A DNA stretch of 64,000 nt, from contig OZ024743.1 in the NCBI GenBank assembly GCA_964016885.1, forward strand, positions 311,984,001 to 312,048,000, read 5' to 3'. This document shows positions 12,323 to 25,680 of the stretch, in pieces (the stretch's first letter is position 1; each line of letters opens with the position of its first letter). The DNA is from Eledone cirrhosa. Taxonomy: Eukaryota. The notes under the pieces are model-generated. The model made no database searches. It had not been told where the DNA came from and saw nothing but the letters and a program-made list of their open reading frames with translations. The position numbers and the translations under genes were made by a program.

Positions 12323-12667
12323 ATTATACTGAGCTGTTAATGTTGAGGTGTTTACATTTATCTAGAAATCTTCCATCATAATTTTATATAAGAACTTTTG
12401 TTAAGTTATGTTCCAAACATCAGCTTAATAAGGAGAAAGTTAAGTTATATTACTAAATCCTTTCAAATTCTTGACTATTTTCAAAATGATTTGAAAATTA
12501 TAGACAATGTCTTTCATTTGAAATATAGTAAAATAATGTTGTGTTGTTGCGGGTATAATTTATATTTTGTTGGGGTTTTTTTTCATTTCATTTTTTTTAT
12601 CAAGTAATTATAACATTTCCTTAGATTCTCAGTTCTTTTATATTTATTTATTTTATATATTTATATA

Positions 12668-13130
12668 ATGGTTTCTGCATATCATGCATAAGGCCAGCAA
12701 TTTTTTTGGTGGGGAGGAGAAAGTCGATTTAATAGACCCCAGTGTATTACTGGTACTTTATTTTATCAACCCTGTAAGGATGAAAAGTAAAGCTAATCTC
12801 AGCGAGATTTGAACTCAGAATATAAGGGACATAACTATATGCCACAAAGAATTTTGTCTGATGCTCTACTGATACTGCCAATCAACTTGACTGGTACTTC
12901 ATTTGCTTTATTTATAGAATTGCTTTTAATTTATACACAAGGCCAGCAATTTTTGGGAGAGGTGAAAGTTGATTCTATCAACCTTCAGTTCTTAAGTGGT
13001 AGGTTATTTTATTGACCCTGGAAGGGCAAAAGGCAAAGTTAACCTAGACTTGAACTGAGAATGCAAAGAGACTTAACAAAATGCTGCAAAGCATCATGTC
13101 TGACGCTCTACCGATTACTGCCAATCCAAT
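12668..13130 (-). mobile_element. Two tandem family A SINEs
   Basis: aaggccagcaa...ttttat.accc...aaagt..a.ct...ttgaact.agaat occurs twice (about 12668-12890 and 12925-13130). Confidence 0.75.
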
Positions 13131-13184
13131 ACCATTGACTTATCTATATCATTTATTGCATGCATGCACCCTTAACTCTTGGTT

Positions 13185-13480
13185 GAATTGTTGGGGTGCT
13201 GTAATGATGCGTGTTGGACATTAAAACCTGGTGGAGACCATCACTCTCCAATTGTGAACACAGCTGATATCTTCCAGTTAAAAAGAGAGTAAGAGCAAGA
13301 GAAAATGATAAAGAAATATAGAGGAAGAATTTACCCCAGCATTGTACTGGTACTTTATTTATCAACCTCAAAAGTATGAAAGGTAAAGTTGAACACAGCA
13401 GGATATGAACTCAGATCACAGAGAACCAGAACAAATACCACGAATGTTTGACATTCTAACAATTCTGACAATTTTATGCC
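13185..13480 (-). mobile_element. Family A SINE, long form
   Basis: Collinear with 11000-11252, 14345-14667 and 29550-29832. Confidence 0.7.
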
Positions 13481-13640
13481 AAATAATTTATTATTGCTGC
13501 CATTTGTATGGTTTACTTTCTAGTGATTATCATGTTCTGAGAGTTGCCAACAAAATTATAAATCACAAACAGAAATGTATTTGATATTCCTGTATTGAGT
13601 ATTGTCATGAAAAACACCCAGGTTCAAATACTTTATCACA

Positions 13641-13903
13641 TTAACCCTTTTGATATCAAACCACCTAAAACCACCTCTGATTCAACAATACAAAACAGTT
13701 TATTTCAAAATGATTATATTTAGCTAAACACCCTCCATCACAATTTTATGTAAGAACCTTTGTTAAGATATTTTCCAAACACCAGCTTAATAATGAGAAA
13801 ATTAGTTATAGTACTAAATCTCTCCAAATTCTTGATTATTTTCAAAATGATTTACAAATCATGGGCAGTATTTTTCATTAGAAATATGGCAATGAAAGGT
13901 TTA
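13641..13903. mobile_element. Non-autonomous TTAA-flanked (piggyBac-like) MITE
   Basis: Starts TTAA|CCCTTTTGATATC and ends ATGGCAATGAAAGGT|TTA. Cleaner right ends TGAAAGGG|TTAA finish at 10273, 19874 and 32660. Internal sequence recurs at about 12360, 13915, 19280 and 32420. Confidence 0.65.
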
Positions 13904-14344
13904 TAGTATTTATATTTATCTAAAAATGTTCCATCATAATTTTATGTAAGAACCTTTGTTAAGTTATGTTCCAAACACCATCTTAATAATGAGAAAGTTA
14001 GTTATTTTTAAAATTATTTGAAAACCATAGACAGTATCTTTCATTAGAAATCATCATTTAACATCCATTTTCCCTCATAGCAAGGGATGTTAATGAAAGA
14101 GTTAAAGTATTTACAGTTATCTAAAACCTAGATTTTATGCTCCAAAAACCAGCTTAATAACAAGAAAATTAGTTATATTCAATGTATACTTGAAAAATAC
14201 AGCCTCAACAGACAGTTAATAAAGGAAAATTAAAGAGTAAAAAAAAATTTGATATCTTTTTAAAATATTGCAAATAATATTTTTCAAATACCAGTGTAAT
14301 AAATTTGTTCAGATTCCACGCAATAAATGGCATGGTCGCATAAA

Positions 14345-14780
14345 TCCTGGTGGAATTGTAGGGGTGCCATGATGGTATACTGAGTTTCTAGGGTATTTTA
14401 AACCTGGCTGAACCCATCTCTTCTCCAGGTCTGAACACAGCAGATTTCTTCCAGAGAAGGAAAGAAAGTAAGAGAGATGAAGTGAGAAAGAGATATAAAG
14501 AAAGAATTGACCCCAGTACTAGACTGGTACATTTTTTTTATCAGCCTTGAATGGATGAAAGGCTAAGATAACCTCGGTGGGATTTGAACTCAGAAAGCAT
14601 AGAGCTGAAACAAATACCACAAAGCATTCTATCCGACATTCTAATTACTTTGCCAATTTGCCGCCTACACAATAAATAATTGTTTCTACTTTTGGTACAA
14701 GGCCAGCAATTATCCCAGTGTATTACTGGTGCTTTATTCTATCGACCCCGTAAGGATGAAAGGCAAAGTTAACCTCTCTT
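14345..14780 (-). mobile_element. Family A SINE, long form (14345-14667), plus an adjacent truncated copy
   Basis: Minus strand begins ggcggcaaattggcaaagtaattagaatgtcgg...gagttcaaatccc (tRNA-like head). Confidence 0.75.
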
Positions 14781-14857
14781 AAAACACAAGTGTAATAGAT
14801 TTATTCAAATTCTACTCAATAAATAAGTATAACATTTTTTTATAAATAAAAAAAAAA

Positions 14858-15135
14858 GGAACCAATTATCAGACTGGACCAAGTAAACAATGTTTCCATT
14901 GGTATTTCCATTACTGATACTATCTGTTGGTCACATCCTAGCAGAAAAAAGGAGCCGATTATCAGGTTAGACCAAAGAAACTGTTTCCACTGGTTTTTCC
15001 ATTGTTGATATTATCTGCTGGCCACAATTCCTGGCAGAGGGAAGGACCTGATCATCAGATCAAATGAAAGGAACAATGTTTCCATTGATCTTTCCACTGC
15101 TGATACTATCTGCTACTCACAACTCCTAAAAGAGG
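14858..15135 (+). repeat. Three degenerate tandem copies of an approximately 92-bp unit
   Basis: atcag...aacaatgtttccattggt.tttccatt.ctgatactatctg units start near 14858, 14951 and 15043. An inverted single copy lies at about 32262-32340. Confidence 0.8.
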
Positions 15136-15600
15136 CAGTATTTGAACTCAGAATGCACAGAGGACTGGGACTTTAGTTATCAACCCCAAAAAGATGAAAA
15201 GGAAAGTTGACCTTGGCAGGATTTAAATTTAAAGTATATTGAGGTGGAATAGATACCAAGGTATTTTTTATTATTTTTTAGTCTATATATATGTTTAGTT
15301 CTTATGTTATTTACACTTCATGATGGAATAAATGAAAGCCAGGAGGATGTTGAAGGTGGATGCAGCTGATAGAGAAAAGTGAAGAAGCTTGTCATGGAGA
15401 TTGCAAAACTAACCCCTGCTTTAATAGGGAAGATGGACTTTAAAATTCTTGTTTTGTTACATATGTTTAGTTCTGGGGCTAGGCTGTGGTGTTGTTACTT
15501 ATTAGTGGCCATGATTAGTCCCTAGTTGTGAAAGATGGGATGTGTGTAAGTTTACAGAAAGTATGATTACTGCTCTATAGCTCACTATAGCTTTTAAATA

Positions 15601-16854
15601 TGAGGGTGGGCTGAAAAGTTCATAGGCTAACTATGAAGGAGTGATGTTAGAGCTGTGAAATCTTACATGCATTAATTTTAACTCTTCTTATTAATAACTG
15701 CATTGCTTTTTTCCAGGAAAACTGACATCTGACTGTTCAAAGAAGACTTCAAATGTAACTAGTAGTAACTTTTCTTGAAATTGGACAAAATTTGGTATTG
15801 TGTTAACAAGTACCTGCAGAAAAAGGGTTTAGCCCCCAAGGACATTCATGCTGGCATGATTGCTACATCAGGACATGACACTCCAGCTGTATCAACATTT
15901 CAAAGGTGGGCAGATGAATTTAGGAGGGGCAGGGAGAATCTTGAAGTTGACCCAAGGGTTGGACATCCTCCAACTGCCACTACAGAGAAAAACATTGATC
16001 GTGTTCACCACATGGTGATGGATGACAGGCGATTGACTATAAATAAAATAGCCAATGCTATTATTATATCCTGTCAGATACCTGAGAATATTCTTCACAA
16101 TGAACTTTTTATGATGAAGGTTTCTGCTGTGGGTGCCACGCCTTCTGATACATGATCAAAAGCACACCGGGCTGATCGCATCACAGGAAAATCTGACATA
16201 GTTTGAGGCAGATCCAATTGGTTTCCTTGAACGAATCCTAACCCAGAATGAGTGTTGGGTTCTTCACTTTGATGCCAAACTATCCATGCCATCAAAACAC
16301 CCTCCTCACCTGCTCAAAAAGACAAGATCGTTTCATCTGCAAGGAAGGTGGCAACCTCAGTTTTAGGGCTATGCAAAAAGCATTGTGTTTATTGACTATC
16401 TTAAAAGGGCCACACCATCAATGGAGACTACTCTGCCAACTTGCTGAGATAATTATGAAAGGCTATGAAGACCAAATGCCCAGGAAAAACTGATGAAAGG
16501 GGTCATGTTTCATCAGGACAATGCTCCAGCACATAAGTCATTGGTTTCAATGGCTGCTGTGCGACTGTGGCTTTAAACTGGTTTATCACTTTCCTTATTC
16601 TCCTGATTTGGCTCCATCTATTATTTTCCCCAACATGAAAATACACTTAGCCAGGAACCAGTATTACAGTGATGATGATGTCATATCTGTTGTTGATGAC
16701 TTTTTTTACCAACAGGATGAAAGCTTCAAACACTGTAATACCGATGGAAGAAGTGTGTGGACTGCAAGGAGGACTATGTTGAAAAATAAACCTCATTTGG
16801 TCACATTCCATGAAAGTATCTTGGTCAGCCTATGAACTTTTCAGCTGACCCTCA
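15601..16854 (+). mobile_element. Full-length decayed mariner transposon (1254 bp), probably irritans subfamily
   Basis: TIRs TGAGGGTGGGCTGAAAAGTTCATAGGCT and AGCCTATGAACTTTTCAGCTGACCCTCA, with TA on both sides. Transposase motifs WVPRLL, FHQDNAPAH, PYSPDLAPS and an N-terminal HTH region. Confidence 0.93.
15775..16785 (+). pseudogene. Mariner transposase pseudogene (several frameshifts)
   Basis: ORFs 15775-16155 and 16521-16835 and the frames between them carry the mariner motifs. Confidence 0.88.
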
Positions 16855-18284
16855 TACTTACAATTGAAAAACTACACAAACCAATTTCCCTCAAGATAAG
16901 ATTCACTGCAAACAATAAGTTTTTAACCAATCTTAAATACACACACATACACGCGCATAAACACACACTTACACAAATACACATCTCTCGTAAACACATA
17001 CACACAAACTTCTCATATACACAAACACACACACAAACATTCTAGCACAGAATACAATGTCAAGCTTCCTCCATAAAAAATGTTAATCCCCACGAAGCAA
17101 ATACTTACACCTCAACCCCAACATACACAGTTGTACAACTATAGAGTTGTAGCCATACTTACTGTAAACTCTCAAACACACACACACACCTTCCATAAAT
17201 AAGGAAGAACACTAGTCCCTTCTAGGACCATCTGCCTCCAGCCTTATCATTTCAGTCACAAATCCAGGCTCCACTGCCCACAATGCAGAGGAGAAAAAGT
17301 TAGTTAAATACCAGCTCTGTGTTTGATCTCTGCACTACTGATTTCCTCCATAATGTCAGAAAGATGGCAGTTCATTTAAGGAGGGAGCCCCATAAGGTGG
17401 CTGTTATAGCAGGTGTTTCTGGCCATTTTGTCTGTGGGGGCACAGCTGAGGAACTGCTCAGATTAAAGTGTAGTGTTTGTCTCCTCCCTTTCTTTTGTTG
17501 CTTGATTCTTTTCTTCTTTCCCTTTATGTTTTGTTTTAGCAAACATATATATAAACTTATAAATAGACACTTAACCATGGTTTGAAGAGGCACCATAATT
17601 CAAAGTCACTGCAAAAATGTTTTTATGGGGGAATATAAATATGTGTGTATCAGTGTGTTTAACAATGATAACAAAAGGCAAAGTTTAGTGCTTAATTAGT
17701 TGTTTTACAATCGTTTCAGAAGGATCATTGATCATAAATCGATATAGTGACTAATCAATAGTAGTTATGTAACCCATATTATTAGCCTCAATATAATAGA
17801 TCCATCCCACCATCTCCTCAGAAACAATGAATTATTACTTCAGGACTACATGGAGTTCTAACAACATTATTGGCCCTACCATAGACAGGTAGATACCAGC
17901 ATAGATATAAATGTATATAGACTTATGATAAAAATGTTGACTAATAAGGGTTGCATATGCAAAACACCAATCAGTGAACGATGGTGTAATTAGATTTAAG
18001 CACGTCATTTGCATTCTTTCAAAAATGATTTGTTCATCCATGACAGAATCTAAACTATAATAATATATGTAATGGACCTAGATAGTGAAAACATCATATT
18101 GGTCTATTCCCTTGTCTTTAGCTTTTATTGCATTAGCAACATAAGAGGCTGTCTGATGATGTAGCATTACTGTTTGCATGATCGAAGCATCACATAACCA
18201 TGAATGCCATTGAAATATGTATCACAGCTTTATGAACAAAGGAATTATGAACATCTGCATCGGACCTTCGCAATTATCTTTATT

Positions 18285-18299
18285 GTGTGTGTGTGTGTG

Positions 18300-18371
<72 letters not shown>
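18285..18371. repeat. Compound microsatellite (TG)n(TA)n(GA)n
   Basis: Read directly. Confidence 0.97.
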
Positions 18372-18374
<3 letters not shown>

Positions 18375-19188
18375 GGTGTTACCAGTTTAGACTAGTGAGA
18401 CCATTGTCAACTTAGTACTCAATACTTAAGGAAGTAGTGTAATGAGTTACAGCCTGACAGCTGAGCTCTTGCCGTTTTAATGGTGAGTGGATTAGTCATC
18501 TACTCACCAATGAAAATAGTCATTAATTTTGCATGAACCTAATATATATATTGCTTAAAAGGAAAACAAGAGTATATATATATATATGGTATGTGACTAT
18601 AGTCACTGCCTTAAATTCATAGCGAAAGGCCTTCAAAATGTTTTTAAAATATTATTAAATATACAATACGTACATTCATATATACATTGATATTTCAGAG
18701 CTCCAAAACAAATATATATATATATGTGCGTGTGTGTGTGTATGCATGTGTGTATGTATATATATGTGTGTGTGTCTGCGTACATATATATGTGTATGTA
18801 TATATATATCATTTATTTATGTTCATACACAGAACAAAGGCGCTACCCAAGGTTTCAAGGCCCAAATTTGACCATACCTCAAGAATACAAGAGACATCAA
18901 ATTAGTGATCATAAATAAATAACACAACATTTCTGTTCTCTTCCTGATTGAGCACTGTTTTCCTTTTTCTTTCTCACATCTACAGATATTGCCATACATA
19001 CATATATATATATACTCGTGTATGCCTCTTAAGCAATCCAAAAGTAATGAAAGCTTGTCTGTTACACCAATATAACAACATTCTACATTTAAATTTGTAT
19101 GTTTACCATGTCATTTCAGATCTGAAATTGTGGCAAATTTTCTTTTCTTCCACTCAACATAGTTGAATTTCAAAACATTAAAAAGCAC

Positions 19189-19874
19189 TTAATTCTTTTG
19201 ATACCAAACTGTCTGAAACTGCTCCTGGTTCTACGATATAAACTTGTACATTTTTAAATGTTTACATTTACTTTCCTTCACAATTTTATGTAAGAAACTT
19301 TCTCAAATTATGTTCCAAACACCAGTTTTAATAATGAAAAAGTTAGTTATTTTACTAAATCCCCACCAAATCTTATTATTTTCAAAGTTAACAGAAAACC
19401 ACATGTAGTGTCTTTCATCATAGATATAGTAACTGCCTGTAGTTCTATGAAGAAAAACATTTTTCAAAGAGTTTATGTTTAAATTCAATTTCTTTATAAG
19501 AACATTTGTTAAGTTATATTCTAAACAGTAACTTAATAATGAGAAAGTTAATTATTTTATTAAATCCTAAATTCTTGATTAGTTAAAAGATTATTTGAAA
19601 ATCATAGGCAGTGTTTAAAGTCTGTCTTGAACCTGGAGGCTCATCAGGCCGATGCTTAACCCAGTTTCTGTGGCATTACATGACTGAGAGTACAAGATTT
19701 ACCCTGGACAGGGGGGGCAGTCCATTGCAGAGTTAAACCCCCAGCTATTGCTGGTACTCATTTTCAGCTGAGTATACTGGGGCAACATCCAACCATCCAG
19801 GAATTGCACCTAGACATTATGATTGTAAGTCCAACACACTTCTTTCATTATAAATATGGTAATGAAAGGGTTAA
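19189..19874. mobile_element. TTAA-flanked MITE with a nested family B SINE (about 19615-19841, minus strand)
   Basis: The MITE segment ggcagtgtctttcattagaaata, contiguous at 32526, is split here by the SINE. Confidence 0.7.
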
Positions 19875-20654
19875 ACTTACTATTAAGAAGAAAATAGTTG
19901 AATGGTGAAGGTTCTAAGACACATAGCTTGTCGGTCATTGTTTTTTTTTTAATATATTACAATAATTGCACTGTATCTTTTGAAAAGCACTTCATTTCTG
20001 CCTGTATAATTTGATGGGGAAAATAATGTAGACGGTCTAAGAGAAAGTTAATCAAAAAGAGACTATTGCCCTCTCCAGAGTTAGTCTGTTCCTAGATCAG
20101 AGGATCATCAAACTAGAGTTTAAACCAGTTTCATTAGTATTATGTGTGATTCAGAAAAGAAGACACCAGAGGCAGCAGAAAAGAGTTCCAGATGTAACTA
20201 AAATGACATCCATACCGTTTGAGGGTGTTTGTATTTTAACGTACGCCAAGGGAGATAACTCTGAGTCATACTTGTAGTGTTGGCAGCGGTGGTGACACTG
20301 TTGATATCTCACTGCTACAATGACTACCAACGTTATTTTTCCAAACACAAGAAAACATTTAATTATAAGTTTGAAAACAGAGGCAACAGAGAGAAGTTCC
20401 AGCTAGATCCTGTCAACAAGATTTCCATACAGTATCTGTTACCCAAATGGCTAAATGTCAGCAGAAGGGCACCCAGGAGTCATGACATGGATGCAGCCTG
20501 GCTCCCTTTGAGTGAGAAATTAAAGGCCAAAAGACTGCTTGAGGGGGTGGGGTTCTTCTCTAAAGACTTTCTGCTGTCCAGCTCTCCTGAGAGTTTCTTA
20601 CCACTGACTCAGAGAACAAGACACCATTCCATCACAGCATTAACCACCATCTGT

Positions 20655-20910
20655 TGCAATAGGTACTTATTTTCAGCTGAGTTAACTGAAGCAACATGAA
20701 ATGAAGTGTCTTGTTCAAGAACATAATGTACCACCTGGTGCAGGTATAAGACCCATGACCTTACAATCTTAAGCCTACTACCCTAACAAATGGGCCACAC
20801 ACCTTAACATCCTCCCCAGAGAAGAATCATGTGCCATGTGGTGTAGGAATCAGACTCATGACCTTACTATCTTGAGCCTACTACCCTAACCATTAGGCCA
20901 CACACCTTCA
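20655..20910 (-). mobile_element. Family B SINE 5' part with a duplicated tRNA-like head
   Basis: catgaccttac.atctt.agcctactaccctaac....ggccacacacctt at about 20754 and 20857. Confidence 0.65.
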
Positions 20911-21149
20911 AATCCTTCTCAAGGGGAGATTAATCTATAATACACTTTAAACTACTTATATTGGTGAGAAGCACCAATCTTATTTCAGTCAGCTTGATTT
21001 CATTTGCATAAGAAATTTGCACATTTTATTAATTTTTTAAATATAATTTGGTTATCAGGCCAGTTCAATGAACAATCTCAATTTAAACATACCTGAAATA
21101 AAAATTTTTTAAAAATTATAAATTAATAAATAAAAAATATATTTTTCAC

Positions 21150-21240
21150 TTATTTTCTTTCTTGCATTTTTTTCTTTTTTCTTTTTTCTTTTTTCTTTTT
21201 TCTTTTTTCTTTTTTCTTTTTTCTTTTTTCTTTTTTCTTC
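21150..21240. repeat. Polypyrimidine (T5-7C)n tract
   Basis: Read directly. Confidence 0.9.
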
Positions 21241-21529
21241 TGGGGTATATTTCTTTCCTCTGTACACACACACACATATACACACGCACATACAGACACA
21301 CACACATATACACACGCACATACAGACACACAAAAAAAGAGAGACAAAATTTCTCAAATGAAAGTAGATTCTTTAAAAAGAAAAGAATAACATTTTTTCT
21401 TTTGTTTTGTTTTAAATGAGCCAAATATTTTTTGATATGTTGAAAGTTTTTTTTTAAATTTAAAAGAGATTAAAAAAAACAAAAAAACAGTTAAATCAAA
21501 TGAAATGTCTTTTAACATTGATATGAAGA

Positions 21530-21534
<5 letters not shown>

Positions 21535-21592
<58 letters not shown>
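21535..21592. repeat. (TAA)n microsatellite
   Basis: Read directly; adjoins a SINE 3' end fragment. Confidence 0.97.
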
Positions 21593-21593
<1 letters not shown>

Positions 21594-21864
21594 GCTTCTG
21601 ATTTAGGCACAAGGCCAATAATAATAATAGTTGTAAAACAACACATTAAAATGCAGTAAAGACTTTGGTAAGATATATTAAATTTCAATGGTTTTGATGA
21701 TTCAAAGACTGTGCAAGGTGGGGGAGAGGGAAGATGATAAAGAACTATAGGGTCCTATAGAAAAAAATAAAATAATAAATAACAACTACTTGCTCTTCAT
21801 ATCACAAAATCACCTAAACACTGTAAATAATACTGTAACATAATTTACATTGATTTCTTGCAAG

Positions 21865-22297
21865 CAGGGCCAGTGTCTAGGTATTTAGCACCCTAGGTTA
21901 GCCCTGTAAATGTATCCCCAATGTCACCCAAATAAAATAATTCCAACTTACAGTTTAGTAAGCTGACAAACCTAGTTTGACACTTCTTGCTCTGACCACA
22001 TTAAGAAAATTACTAAGCCTGTATTTTCCACTACACAGGGCATATACACCCACACAAAATCACATGACAGGTCAAAACACCAAAAGATCCTCTCCACCAC
22101 TTTGGATATTTCCACAACACTGCTACACAGCAAAGATGTTTAGTGATTTATTTATTGATAGCAGGAAATTATGATATATTTAATTTAATTATACAAATTT
22201 GCATAAAACTGTGATCCTTTAAGGTTCAGTAATGTACCTCTCTGAGGTCTTTATCCTAGGTGGCTGTTTAGTTGACCTAAAGGAAGTGCTAGTCCTG
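21865..22297. mobile_element. Possible decayed hAT-like MITE
   Basis: Imperfect termini CAGGGCCAGTG...GTGCTAGTCCTG; the flanking 8-mers CTTGCAAG and CCTACAAA match at only 5 of 8. Confidence 0.35.
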
Positions 22298-23105
22298 CCT
22301 ACAAAGATATCTATGAAATTACATTTGTGTTTGAAAATTTAAATTAAATTTTAAAAAAAGATATTTATATAAAAATAGAAATTTGATAAAAATTATGTGT
22401 GTGTGTATATTGAATAAATACATATATTTATGAAATAATGCCAAATACCTATGCATTTGAAAGCATATTTAAATATACGCATGTATATATTTTGAATCCT
22501 CACACACACATACATGCCTTATTAGTATTATATATATATATATATATATATATATTCATTTTATTTATGAATGAAACAGTTCTAGTCCTGTAGTCATTTC
22601 TATAATAAAATGAATATGCCTATACTCTACTAACATACTGAGTACCTTTATATATATGTATATATTTATATCTATATATATATACACACATGCAAATATA
22701 TATAGACTTAGACGTACATACAGACATATTCATACACATATATATATATATACACACACACACATATACATACATAGTTACTCTAATTACCACAACACGC
22801 CACACAGCGAGTATCCTTAGCAGGATTATAGAGATATGAGCTTTAATGAAGGCAACCTGTCTAGGAGAGCAATAACTCTGCAAATAAAACTAACAGAGTA
22901 TAGGGATGACACTTCAATCCTTCAATCCTGAAAGACAACCTCTTTAATGCTGGTGACAATAAAATTCACCTGGTCCACACTATAAACTGGTTGATGATAG
23001 ACAAGGCATCCATCCAATAAAAGCATGCTAAATTCAGAACAGATACAAATAATGAACAACCTTAATTGTATATATATGGAACTAACATCTACCATATTTG
23101 AAATA

Positions 23106-23485
23106 CAAGGTGTCCAAAAAATTGTATACACAGTTTGAATTATGATAGAAACAATGTTTATAAATACATTCCAGAACTAGTCAATATGCTCAATAAAGAT
23201 GATATGAACCAAAGAGTTGAATTTTGTGAGTGGTATCTGGCAAAATATGATTGAAAGGGATTACGCCCAAATACCAAATGAAATGATACGTGAAGTCATC
23301 AATTCCAATCAGCAGTTCCTGAACCAGAATGGTCATTATTTTGAAAACCTGCAATAACTCAAAAAATTCTAAGCCTGTCTACTTAGTCTTGAATAACAAA
23401 AACTTTGATATTCTATATAAACATTGTTTTTATCACCAGTCAAAGTGTGTATACATTTTTTTTTGGGGGGGGGGGGGGCACCCTG
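23106..23485. mobile_element. Non-autonomous Tc1/mariner element (380 bp)
   Basis: TA|CAAGGTGTCCAAAAAATTGTATACACAGTTTGA ... TCAAAGTGTGTATACATTTT..GGGGCACCCTG|TA: inverted termini with a TA target duplication. Confidence 0.75.
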
Positions 23486-23729
23486 TAATTGGAATCCTCC
23501 CTAGAATTAATTGATATATTCCTTTACCAAGGTAATTTAATTAATATTGGGAGCAGATCTTTTGAAAGTATAGTAGCCAAAGTATATATGGAGTGAAAAA
23601 CGTTTAGGGAGCTTATAACTGGCTACTAAGAGATTCTCATTAAATAGGGGGCAAATTGAATGATGTGATGCTGTATGATAATGGATCCTCCATTAGTTTG
23701 ATATCAACTAAATATCTGACTCATATATT

Positions 23730-24000
23730 AGTAAGTGGCTGAGTATTCCAAAGACATGTGTACCCTTACAATAATTCTCAAGTCAAATCACCATGACACA
23801 ATACATAACAGGGCTGGACCTTTGAATTACAGATACAATCCATCAGAAGGGCTTCCACACAGTTTCTGTCTACCTAATTTGCCTCACAAGGTTTGGGTCA
23901 ATCTGAAACTAGGGTAAAAAACACTTGCCCAAAGTATCATGCAGTGGGATCAAATCTGGTAGATAACTGCAAAGTAAACTTCTTAACCATCCAGTCATGT
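23730..24000 (-). mobile_element. Two joined SINE fragments
   Basis: First part matches 10580-10690; second has a tRNA-like head and a ...ttgggcaagtg...gtagacagaaactgtgtggaagccc core. Confidence 0.6.
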
Positions 24001-24289
24001 TTGTGTGCATGGTAAGAAAAATAGGCTATGAATCATCACCATCATCATCCTCATCATCATTTAACAGCCATGAATGTAAATGATATATGAAAATCAGAAA
24101 GAAATTATCATCATCATTGACTGTGCTAAAAAGGACCCACCCAGCCCATGCAAGCGTGGAAAAAATACATAAAAATGATGATGATGATGATGATTTAACA
24201 TTCACAAAAGTAGATGATATATGAAAGCTAGAAAGGAATGAAGTGAGCCGGTTCCAGTGGATAATACAAATCCATGGATATGAATGACA

Positions 24290-24575
24290 GAAGAAAGATT
24301 TAAGTGACAGAAAAACTGGGTAAAAGAGAAATCAGCTGGTGCAGACATGTGGTGTGCATGTAGGATGACAATTGGGTAAAGAAATTCCAAGCAACCCAAG
24401 TGGAAGGAACTTACAGAAAAGGAAGACCAAACATAGCCAGAAGTGGTGAAAGCTGATCTCAAGAGGCTGAACTTATGAACCTAATAACAAAGGACCACAA
24501 CACAAGCAGAAATGTTTCACTAGAGAAGGACCATCTCAACTCAGCAATGATAAAATATGGAAATAATATGATGAT
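24290..24575 (+). mobile_element. 3' fragment of an RTE-type LINE
   Basis: WCRHVVCM*DDNWVKK...VEG..RKGRP...EVVKADLKRL. Confidence 0.7.
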
Positions 24576-24634
24576 ACACGCACACACAAATATATATATA
24601 TATATATATACATATATATACATACATACACACC

Positions 24635-24692
<58 letters not shown>

Positions 24693-25313
24693 TCCACAAC
24701 AATATATTTTATTCAGAGTTACTGCCCTCACAGATGGGTTTGTGACCACATCTTCCTTATATATATATATATACACACACACACATATGTATGTGAAGAA
24801 TTCACGGTTCGGAGACTGGGAAAAACCATAATTCATGGTTCCTGTTAGTACTTGATATATGTTTAGGTGCAGAGTAGATATGGATATATGGTATATCAAA
24901 GTGAGCAGGCCAGCCAAAATGGAGAGAATACTCCATTGGGATATATCTGTCTGTCTGTGTGAATATATATATGTATATATATAAGAGGCATCCAGCAGTA
25001 GAAACCAAGCCAAAACAAAGCATACTAGCAGGGCCTATTTTATCCTTACAGGGTCGATAACATAAAGTACCAGTAATACACTGGGATAATTGCTGGCCTA
25101 GTGTCAAAAGTAGAAACAATTATTAACACACTGCTTCTTAAGGATAAAGCGTATGGTAAAATACCAAATGTAGAATCCAACATCAGCAGCCAGACCCATA
25201 CTAGAGTGCTAAAACTGGTGAACCAATAGTAACTAAACATTAAACACTAATACATTATATATATATATGATCATCATCACTGTTTTAATGTCCGCTTTCC
25301 TTGCTAGCAAGGG

Positions 25314-25680
<367 letters not shown>

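Noticed and set aside
17220-17500. GC-richer segment, possibly an exon or LINE 5' fragment
   Set aside because: I found no convincing open frame with splice sites and no recognisable motif.
20277-20699. 140-aa ORF
   Set aside because: Non-ATG start, no recognisable motif or splice structure, and it runs into a SINE; probably old repeat debris.
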